Origin: a virus
Lineage: Duplodnaviria; Caudoviricetes
Reading direction: 5' to 3' (one strand)
IMG/VR virus record: IMGVR_UViG_3300032332_000873
Span: 1 to 43,000 of that record
Length of the DNA: 43,000 nucleotides
In this document: piece by piece, positions 35,323 to 43,000 of the stretch
Layout of the letters: every line of letters begins with the position of its first letter
How positions within the stretch are numbered: the first letter of the stretch is position 1
Notes under the pieces: generated by a model
What the model was told of the DNA's origin: nothing
What the model saw: the letters and a program-made list of their open reading frames with translations, nothing else
The model's database searches: none
Program-made: the position numbers and the translations under genes

Positions 35323-35837
35323 TGATAGATTTTAATTTTCCACCAATGGTAGTTAATGCATACCTAAAATCAAAGATAGGTTCAGACTTTGAGTTGCAGT
35401 TTTCTCCAACTACCCCAACAGACATAAATGAGTTTACTGAGCAGTTCCCATCAGGAAATGCCTTTTGCGTATATGACAGAATGTTTAGAATGAGGCGTGG
35501 ACCTTTTCCACACATAAAATGTGAACAAATTCTTTATTATTTTTACTGCCCACCATCAGGAACTGATATATCATCAATTGCAATGTTGAGTGAAATTACT
35601 CAAGGCATCTACGACCTACTAGATAACGGAGATGAGTCAGCACAAGATATAAACTCTTGGGTTTCAAGGAATAGGGCCTCAGATCCAACATTGTCAAATA
35701 TGTCTATTATCCCTGTTTTTCATACTTTTAAAATCTATCAACTTGAAGAAACCCGTGATATTATTGACTTTGGAACTGCCAGAACATGGGCAGGGAATAA
35801 GATAATTATTGACTACGACTACCACGTACCAGAATAG
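35322..35837 (+). CDS. tail terminator protein
   Basis: position directly before the tail tube gene. Confidence 0.55.
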   Translation: MIDFNFPPMVVNAYLKSKIGSDFELQFSPTTPTDINEFTEQFPSGNAFCVYDRMFRMRRGPFPHIKCEQILYYFYCPPSGTDISSIAMLSEITQGIYDLLDNGDESAQDINSWVSRNRASDPTLSNMSIIPVFHTFKIYQLEETRDIIDFGTARTWAGNKIIIDYDYHVPE

Positions 35838-35910
35838 AAACAAAAAAGGCTGTTATAATTGTAACGAGGAAACAGCCCTTTATTTTATGTAAAGGAAAAG
35901 GTGAATAACT

Positions 35911-36579
35911 ATGGCATATACAAGAGGAAGTAACGCTAACATTATCGTTGGCGCAGCAGCCCTTTTTGCGAGCAAGACAGGTGCGCTATCAAGCACATCA
36001 ACTTTGCCAGCATACGTTGGAAATAAGTCTTACAAGGATACCTTGCAAGATGGTTCAGCATTTACAAACCTTGGTTACACTATGAACGGTTTGGAACTAC
36101 AGTTCCAACCAGATTTCGGTGAAGTTGCCGTAGATCAGGTTCTAGACGTAGCGAAGTTGTTCAAGCAGGGAATGCAGGTTAATCTTAACACTACATTCGC
36201 TGAAGCAACACTTGAAAACCTTCTTGTTGCAATTGCAGCAAAGAGCACAGATTTGGCATCAACAAATGCAGCAGCAGGAGTTCACGGTGGTCTAAAGACT
36301 CTCGGAATGTCTGCAGGTGACCTTGGCGATGTTCCAGTCGAAGCAGGTTTGATTGCAGTTGGTCCAGGTTCTGGCGCAGCAGCAGCAACTAAGGCTCAAG
36401 AAGTTGAAAGAATTTATGTAGCATACCGTGCACTCTCAATTGAGAATGTTTCAGTATCTGCAAAGCGTGATGAGGCTTCTATGTTTGAAGTATCATTCCG
36501 TCTACTACCAGATGATTCAGCATCCTACGGTAAGATCGTTGATCGTACACTAGGAACTGCACCAGCAGGTGGACAGTAA
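35911..36579 (+). CDS. major tail (tube) protein
   Basis: NIIVGAA, LGYT..G, V.VDQ, TFAEATLENL, KRDE...F.V.FRLLPD; TGTTATAAT 35851-35859; terminator follows. Confidence 0.85.
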   Translation: MAYTRGSNANIIVGAAALFASKTGALSSTSTLPAYVGNKSYKDTLQDGSAFTNLGYTMNGLELQFQPDFGEVAVDQVLDVAKLFKQGMQVNLNTTFAEATLENLLVAIAAKSTDLASTNAAAGVHGGLKTLGMSAGDLGDVPVEAGLIAVGPGSGAAAATKAQEVERIYVAYRALSIENVSVSAKRDEASMFEVSFRLLPDDSASYGKIVDRTLGTAPAGGQ

Positions 36580-36605
36580 TTTAATAATAATTAAATAACG
36601 CAATT

Positions 36606-36641
36606 CCGCTCTGTCTTTTAAGGCAGGGCGGTTTTGTTTTT
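36606..36641 (+). terminator. intrinsic terminator after the tail tube gene
   Basis: CCGCTCTGTC-ttttaa-GGCAGGGCGG followed by TTTTGTTTTT. Confidence 0.85.
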
Positions 36642-36655
36642 GGTATACTTATATA

Positions 36656-37342
36656 ATGGCCACATCGGTATATGACATTAAAAATATCAAAATCCTTGAC
36701 GGGACAGAGATAGAAATTTCTCCATTAAAAATTAAATACTTAAGAGAGTTCATGGACAAATTTGAAAATGTTAAAATTGCAAAGGGTGAGGTAGAGGCAA
36801 TTGAGGCTTTATCTGAATGTGCACAAGTATGTATGAAACAAACAAGACCAGACCTAGCCAACGATAAACAAAAATTTGAAGATGCTATAGACTTAGAAAC
36901 ACTTTACAAAATATTAGATGTTTGTGCTGGTATAAAGATTAATGAAAAAAAGGATGAACCAGTAAAGAAACAAGCAGTTGATAGTGGATCATCTTGGAAT
37001 GATTTAGATTTAGCAACACTAGAAGCGGAAGCATTTTTGCTGGGTATTTGGAAAAATTATGAAGAACTGGAAATATCTCTATGTATGTCAGAATTACTAA
37101 AGACTCTAGAGGTTAGTAGAGAGTCAGACTATACAGATAAAAAGTTTTCTGCAGCAATGCAGGGAGTAGACCTTGATGCTAATGCTAAAAAGACTAATGC
37201 CTGGGAAGATATGAAGGCAAGAGTATTTAGTGATGGGGCTGCAACAGATGCAAATGATATATTAGCCTATCAAGGACCAAATGCTGAAAGGGCTGGTTTT
37301 GGAATTGGATTAGGTCTTGACTACGAATCTGTAGAGGGCTAA
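36656..37342 (+). CDS. tail assembly chaperone, long (G-T-like) form, leaderless
   Basis: between tube and tape measure; N-terminal half paralogous to 37392..37709; TGGTATACT 36641-36649 lies 6 nt before ATG. Confidence 0.75.
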   Translation: MATSVYDIKNIKILDGTEIEISPLKIKYLREFMDKFENVKIAKGEVEAIEALSECAQVCMKQTRPDLANDKQKFEDAIDLETLYKILDVCAGIKINEKKDEPVKKQAVDSGSSWNDLDLATLEAEAFLLGIWKNYEELEISLCMSELLKTLEVSRESDYTDKKFSAAMQGVDLDANAKKTNAWEDMKARVFSDGAATDANDILAYQGPNAERAGFGIGLGLDYESVEG

Positions 37343-37391
37343 AAACCCAGTTGCTATGGTATAATTAATTTAACCAATATGGAGGAATACA

Positions 37392-37709
37392 ATGTCTGAA
37401 AAAGTAGAAAAACTCGCCCTCATCGATGGCACAGAGTTTGAAGTTAAGCCACTAAAAATTTCGTTACTAAAGCCTTTTATGAAGTCGTTTACTGGCTTGT
37501 CTGAAGTAGCGGACGATAATGAAAAGTCTATGGATATCTTGCTTGATTGCGTACAGATTGCATTCAAACAATATTTCCCAACTCTAGCAGAGGAACGAGA
37601 AAAGATTGAGGATAACCTAGACCTTCCTACAGTCTATAAGATCATTGATGCTGCATCAGGAATTAAACTTTCTGATCCTACAACTTTGATGTCTGCAATT
37701 TCTAAGTAA
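37392..37709 (+). CDS. tail assembly chaperone, short (G-like) form
   Basis: DGTEFEVKPLKI...EDNLDLPTVYKII...GIKL; TGGTATAAT 37357-37365 and GGAGG SD. Confidence 0.75.
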   Translation: MSEKVEKLALIDGTEFEVKPLKISLLKPFMKSFTGLSEVADDNEKSMDILLDCVQIAFKQYFPTLAEEREKIEDNLDLPTVYKIIDAASGIKLSDPTTLMSAISK

Positions 37710-37723
37710 AGAGGGTGTGATGA

Positions 37724-40700
37724 TTGTCTGACGTAAATGCTAATATAGGTATTAATTTTGATACCCAAGAAGCACTCGCACAATTACGCCAGTTACAGGC
37801 AGGCCTTAGCCGATTTAATCAATCGTTAACAGAGGGCAATGTCGCTGCTGCTAATGCACAAAAAGGCTTAAATGCTCAATTAGTACAGGCAATCAATGCA
37901 AGTGGTAAGTTCGTAGCAAGTCAAAAAGATGTCGCAAGTTCAACGTCTGCATTTACTACTGCCTTAGAAAAAAACCAATTAAGTCTTAAACAATACTTTA
38001 GATATAGTGCTGCAGCAGCAACTGCAGACAGCAAGGTATTTCAAAAACTATTTAGTCAAGAAAGAGATATTCTTAACCGTGCTCGTAGAGACAGAGTTAA
38101 GATGCTTCAGTCTCAATATATTCAGTTAAATAGTGCACAGGGAGATCTTGTAAAGACTCTTCAGATAGTTCCAAAACATCTTGAGATGGTTAATGGAAAA
38201 ATTGTTGATTATACAACAAAGGTTCAGATGGCTGCACAAAGACAGCAGTTTCTTAATCAATTACTAAAACAAGGCTCTACAAATTTAATTAACTTTGGTA
38301 AAAATACGCAGTGGGCAGGCCGTCAGTTAATGGTTGGATTTACAGTCCCATTGACAATGCTTGGGTCATTTGCAGCAAAAACATTTAGAGAGATGGAAGA
38401 AGCATCTGTAAAATTTAGCCGTGTTTATGGAAGTATGTTTACTCCACAAGATGAAACAGACAAGATGATTGCACAAGTTAGATTACTTGGTCAAGAATTT
38501 ACAAAATATGGTATCGCAGCCTCTAAGACAATGGACATGGCAGCAACCGCTGCAGCAGCAGGTTTTGCTGGAGCAGATTTAGTAGCACAAACAACTCAAG
38601 CAACTAGGCTTGCAGTACTTGGACAAGTGGAGCAACAGCAAGCACTAGAGACAACAATATCTTTACAAAATGCTTTTGGTTTATCTGCAGATCAACTTGC
38701 ACAAAAAATTAACTTTCTTAACGCAGTAGAAAACCAGACGCTTTTATCTATTGAAGACTTAACAATTGCAATTCCTAAAGCAGCGCCAATTGTGAAGCAA
38801 CTTGGTGGATCTGTTGAAGACCTTGCATATTTTATGACAGCAATGAAGGAAGGTGGAATTAACGCATCAGAAGGTGCTAACGCTCTCAAGTCTGGTCTTG
38901 CTGCAATGATTAACCCAACTAAAAAAGTATCAGAGATGCTTGCTGGAATGGGAATTAATATTAATGGAATTGTAAATGCCAATGCTGGTAATTTAAGAAT
39001 GACTGTTCTTGGTTTTGCACAAGCGCTAGATACATTAGACCCACTGACTCGTGCAAGAGCAATTGAACAAATGTTTGGTAAGTTCCAGTTTGCACGTTTG
39101 TCAACTCTATTTCAAAATATAACAAAAGATGGATCACAAGCATCAAGAGCACTAGGCCTTGCAGGAAACTCTGTTGAAGAATTAGCAATCTTGTCTGAAC
39201 GAGAACTTGGAAAAGTTGAAGATGCTACTGGTGTAAAATTCCAAAAAACTATTGAAGAGTTAAAGATTCAACTTATACCACTTGGAAAAGCATTTTTGCA
39301 AGCAGTAACACCAGTTGTTGCATTTTTAGGTAAAGTTTTAGAAAAGTTTAATGGGTTTTCAGAGGGAACAAAGAAAGTAATTGCTATTGTTCTTGGTGTT
39401 GTTGGAGCACTAGCACCAGCAGCACTTATGGCTTTTGGACTTGTTGCAAACGGCCTAGGACAACTTGTAAAACTTTTTGCATTCCTAAGAGGAGGTATGG
39501 CAAAACTTAATGGACAAAACCAAGTTCTTGGTGGTGGATTTGATTATTTAACAAATTCAGAAACAGAAAATATTGCTGCTTCAAATGCCTTACACCTTTC
39601 ACACAAAGATTTAATATCAACTTTTAACGTAGAAACTGGATCAGTAAATGCTTTAGCACTAGCCTATACTAATGCAGCATCTCAGGCAAGGACTTTAGCA
39701 GCAGTTTCTCCAGGGCTATTTAATACAGCACCAGGACCAGCAGGAGCAGTAAGTGGACTACCACCAAGAAAATATGCAGATGGCGTATTTAGTGTTCCAG
39801 GACCAAAGGGCGCTGGAGATGTTGTTCCTGCTATGCTTTCTCCAGGAGAAGCAGTTCTACCAACAGCAATAACAGATAAGTACGGACCACTTATTGCTGC
39901 AATGATGACTGATAGCATTCCAGGTTATAAGAAATCAAATATTAGACAATCGCATACTGGAAGAGTTTCAGGTGGACTAATACAAACTAGAACATTCTCT
40001 GGCGCAGCAATTATGGGTCCAGGAAACCAGGCATCAGGTCCAGTTGATGGTTCAAGTCTTGCTGGAATGGATTCAAACTTCATTGGTGGAATGGATGGAG
40101 CAACAGATCAATTTAAGGCTGCAATGGCAGCAGCAATGAAAACACAAATGATGCAGGTGGATGGCGTAACAAAGTTTAATGCAAAGACATATCAAGCATA
40201 TTCAGATAGTTGGAGTGGAATAGATGATGTTTTGGATCAAATTGCTGATGAGTTTGCAAAAGGAATTAAACCAGGAGTTACAGATGTTAGTCAATTAGGA
40301 CAAAACCAATTTCCACTTATTATGCAGCACATTGATGAACTTGAAAGTTCTTTAAAGATTACTTCTGATCAAGCAAATACCTTAAGAGAGTCATCAAGAA
40401 AATTATTTAATCCAGATCTAGGAACTCCTGCAAATCCTGGAAGGGATGCTGTAGCAAAAAATAGACAAAGAATTGAAACTGGAATTGATGACAATGGGAA
40501 TGAAGTTGTAACCCGTGTCGGAGTTGAAAGAGTTGCTCTAGATGGTAAAAAAGGTTCAGACTATCTAGATGCTAGAACTAAAGCAAATACAGAAAGAGAG
40601 TATGCTAGAAGAGGCGTTACTCCTCCAGAAAGCGCAACATTTGCACATATAAAATCTGGAGAAAAGTCATCTGACTATATTGACCCAATTGCTAGTGCAA

Positions 40701-43000
40701 GAGATGGAATCTCTGCTGCAGAACAAAAAATTGTTGACACATTAACATCTGGCGGTAAGATTAAAGAAGGCACAGTAATTATAACAAAAAGAATTTCAGA
40801 TTCAATTGAAGAAGGTTTATCAGAAGCAGAAAAAAGAGCAGAAACAGCATCACCATCTAAAAGAACCGAAAGACTTGGTAAAGATATTGGCGATGGATTA
40901 AAGATTGGTCTTGAATCAAAAGTTACAGAGGTCCGTCAGTCTTCACGTAAACTTGGCGATGCAGCAGTTCCAGATAAAGCAAATAAAGCATACTACGATT
41001 CAATGCGTGACTCCCCAGATGAATTTGCAAAGATGAAGTCTATTGATAGACAAAGACGTAAGTTGGCTAAAAAATATAAAACAAAAGGTTCTTCAGTAAC
41101 AACAACTACTGAAACCTTGTCTGCTGAGGTATCTTTAACTGGTAAACAACAAAAAGCACTTAAAGAAACAGCAAAGAATGCTTCAAGAACAACAAAAGCA
41201 TCTGGAGATTTACTTGAAAGCACAAAAGACTCATCAAAACATGCTGACAAACTTGCTGACACATTAGGGGATCAGAAGACAACTGTTATTGGAACGACCA
41301 AACTTGAAGATGCTATCAATCAAACAACTTCACAAACAGCATTAGTACAAGAACAGATTGAAGCAGAAAAACAAAAGCAACTTATGGCAGAGCAAGCGAT
41401 AACAAAAAATGCACAAACATCTGCAGCCAATGGTGCAACAAATGGAACAATCCCACCAGGTAATCAATCTACAAATATTCCATCAACATATTTAAGCGAA
41501 AGTGATGCTCTCAAAGAAGCATCAAAATATGCAAAGGTTCCCGTCAATCCAGACGATCCTTCACTTGGCACTAATATTTTAATGAATGGGGCAACTGGAA
41601 CACCATTTACAAATAAACAAATGTCAAAACTTAAGAGACAACAAAGAGCCCAAAAGGTAAGTCAGGTCTCTGGAAAGATGTCTGGTGCTTTGGGTGTAGG
41701 AGCAATGGTTGCGGGAGCCGTAGGGGCACCTACAGGCGTTACAGCAGCATTAGGTGGAGCGTCTATGGTTGCTCAAATGGCACCAATGATTGCAGGACTG
41801 GGACCTTTTGGAATAGCAGCAGCAGCACTTGCAGGAGCCACTGGCGGTCTATATATGTTAGATAAGGCAGCAGAAGCAGCAGCCAAAGCACAAACAGAAC
41901 TTGCAAATAAAACACAAATGACTTCAAGTACGTTAAAGGCTATTGGAGAATCAACTGGAAGAGTTGGTGCAAGCGAAATTATGGATCGTAGAAGACAAGA
42001 AGCAAAGTCTGATAGATACACAACCAACTATGATCGTAAGGGCCAACAATTTGGAACAACATTCCTTTCTGGAGATGCTGGTAAATCTATGGCAGAAGGA
42101 TTTTCAGAAAATATTAAGATTGCAGGAAAAGATCAAGCAACTCAACAGTTTGCAGCAAACCTTGCACTTGCAGTGTCTGATGGAGTAATGACTTCTGTTG
42201 AGGCATCAGATGTAGCAAGACAGATGGCAATTAAATTTCAAGACACATCACTACAACCAAGAATTGATGCAGAACTAAATAGACTCATTGGTCCTTATGG
42301 TGAAGATCTACTTAAAAACCCACTTCAAGTAAGAATTAATTTAATTGATGATCAATCACAAATTTCTAAGATGTCAACAGATCAACTTGCAGGTTCTATT
42401 AGCAAAGATAACAGTAGTTTAAACTCTAAACTTGCATCAATTGGAACAATTCTTCTGCCAGGTGGAATTCCAACTCAAGCAGCACTTAGCGGTTCAAACT
42501 TTATGACAAAAAGCAAAGGCTATAACTTTTCAGAAACTTTCACTCAAACTAAATCAGAAAAGGTTGCATCATTTGGGGCTGCTTCTAATGCAAACAATAT
42601 GGGCGCAGCGCAATCGCAATTAGACGCCTATAACTTGGAATCAGAAAAAAAGATTAAAGCACTTGAAGCAGAAAAAGCAATCACTACAGAAAAATCAAAA
42701 CAAGAAGCAATTGATATTAGAATTAAGGCTGCCCAAGATGAACAAGCAGCAGGCGCTCAACAGATTAGGGACAAGATTGCACAAACATTAGATGATCAAC
42801 TTGCCTTATTTGCCGTTGCAAAACAAAGATCAGCAGTAGAAGGAGCATTTTTTGATTCACTAAAGGAGTCTGTAAAACTAAAATACAAGGGCACAGCAAT
42901 GGAAGCCTTTACTGGAGATATGCTTGATAAGTCTGCAGATCTAAAGAGTAAAGAACTAGAGGTAACAGTAAACACAATCGTGGCTTCTGGTCAAGTAAAC
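37724..43000 (+). CDS. tail tape measure protein (TP901-like core), truncated by the window end; not in ORF track
   Basis: TTG start MSDVNANIGINFD; frame spot-checked as open to the end (1759 codons in window); NFGKNTQWAGRQLMVG, LNAVENQT, EGGINASEGANALKSGL, ADG...GAGDVVPAMLSPGEAV. Confidence 0.9.
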   Translation, partial: MSDVNANIGINFDTQEALAQLRQLQAGLSRFNQSLTEGNVAAANAQKGLNAQLVQAINASGKFVASQKDVASSTSAFTTALEKNQLSLKQYFRYSAAAATADSKVFQKLFSQERDILNRARRDRVKMLQSQYIQLNSAQGDLVKTLQIVPKHLEMVNGKIVDYTTKVQMAAQRQQFLNQLLKQGSTNLINFGKNTQWAGRQLMVGFTVPLTMLGSFAAKTFREMEEASVKFSRVYGSMFTPQDETDKMIAQVRLLGQEFTKYGIAASKTMDMAATAAAAGFAGADLVAQTTQATRLAVLGQVEQQQALETTISLQNAFGLSADQLAQKINFLNAVENQTLLSIEDLTIAIPKAAPIVKQLGGSVEDLAYFMTAMKEGGINASEGANALKSGLAAMINPTKKVSEMLAGMGININGIVNANAGNLRMTVLGFAQALDTLDPLTRARAIEQMFGKFQFARLSTLFQNITKDGSQASRALGLAGNSVEELAILSERELGKVEDATGVKFQKTIEELKIQLIPLGKAFLQAVTPVVAFLGKVLEKFNGFSEGTKKVIAIVLGVVGALAPAALMAFGLVANGLGQLVKLFAFLRGGMAKLNGQNQVLGGGFDYLTNSETENIAASNALHLSHKDLISTFNVETGSVNALALAYTNAASQARTLAAVSPGLFNTAPGPAGAVSGLPPRKYADGVFSVPGPKGAGDVVPAMLSPGEAVLPTAITDKYGPLIAAMMTDSIPGYKKSNIRQSHTGRVSGGLIQTRTFSGAAIMGPGNQASGPVDGSSLAGMDSNFIGGMDGATDQFKAAMAAAMKTQMMQVDGVTKFNAKTYQAYSDSWSGIDDVLDQIADEFAKGIKPGVTDVSQLGQNQFPLIMQHIDELESSLKITSDQANTLRESSRKLFNPDLGTPANPGRDAVAKNRQRIETGIDDNGNEVVTRVGVERVALDGKKGSDYLDARTKANTEREYARRGVTPPESATFAHIKSGEKSSDYIDPIASARDGISAAEQKIVDTLTSGGKIKEGTVIITKRISDSIEEGLSEAEKRAETASPSKRTERLGKDIGDGLKIGLESKVTEVRQSSRKLGDAAVPDKANKAYYDSMRDSPDEFAKMKSIDRQRRKLAKKYKTKGSSVTTTTETLSAEVSLTGKQQKALKETAKNASRTTKASGDLLESTKDSSKHADKLADTLGDQKTTVIGTTKLEDAINQTTSQTALVQEQIEAEKQKQLMAEQAITKNAQTSAANGATNGTIPPGNQSTNIPSTYLSESDALKEASKYAKVPVNPDDPSLGTNILMNGATGTPFTNKQMSKLKRQQRAQKVSQVSGKMSGALGVGAMVAGAVGAPTGVTAALGGASMVAQMAPMIAGLGPFGIAAAALAGATGGLYMLDKAAEAAAKAQTELANKTQMTSSTLKAIGESTGRVGASEIMDRRRQEAKSDRYTTNYDRKGQQFGTTFLSGDAGKSMAEGFSENIKIAGKDQATQQFAANLALAVSDGVMTSVEASDVARQMAIKFQDTSLQPRIDAELNRLIGPYGEDLLKNPLQVRINLIDDQSQISKMSTDQLAGSISKDNSSLNSKLASIGTILLPGGIPTQAALSGSNFMTKSKGYNFSETFTQTKSEKVASFGAASNANNMGAAQSQLDAYNLESEKKIKALEAEKAITTEKSKQEAIDIRIKAAQDEQAAGAQQIRDKIAQTLDDQLALFAVAKQRSAVEGAFFDSLKESVKLKYKGTAMEAFTGDMLDKSADLKSKELEVTVNTIVASGQVN

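Noticed and set aside
38692-42188. Short ORFs listed within the last 5 kb
   Set aside because: All lie within the tape measure frame, which the track missed because it has no stop in the window
1-43000. tRNA/rRNA genes, integrase, alternative genetic code
   Set aside because: None recognised by eye; genes pack tightly under the standard code with all three stop codons in use; tRNAscan was not run

Overview
AT-rich segment of a tailed dsDNA phage (siphovirus-like: long tape measure gene, no sheath gene seen), most likely infecting a low-GC actinobacterium. The host call is an inference from many leaderless TGnTAnnnT promoters, GACAC boxes next to -35 elements, a PASTA-like domain and an SLT/Rpf-like muralytic gene. 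Layout: (1) 1-4.2 kb holds small divergently transcribed early-type genes around a dense control region (CRP-type boxes, DnaA boxes, a duplicated promoter module, repeated hairpins), then a DHH-like gene, a membrane protein and a candidate small RNA; (2) 4.2-21 kb is a tail fibre/appendage region with two parallel cassettes, each a fibre ending in the same ~100-aa '...GDLTA' domain, then an unusual low-complexity repeat protein, then modifying enzymes (cassette A: PASTA/Cys-rich/TTAA mucin-like protein, GT60-like GlcNAc transferase, GalE-like epimerase; cassette B: FN3-FN3-(FSPFG)n-Hint protein, sulfotransferase, two 2OG-Fe(II) oxygenases); (3) class II ribonucleotide reductase and two more 2OG-Fe(II) oxygenases; (4) 24.4-43 kb holds a large virion protein, portal, protease-scaffold, major capsid, head-tail genes, tail tube, a duplicated pair of tail assembly chaperones, and a tape measure gene running off the right edge. 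No terminase, integrase, tRNA, CRISPR array or reverse transcriptase was recognised. All family assignments come from motif reading, not database searches.
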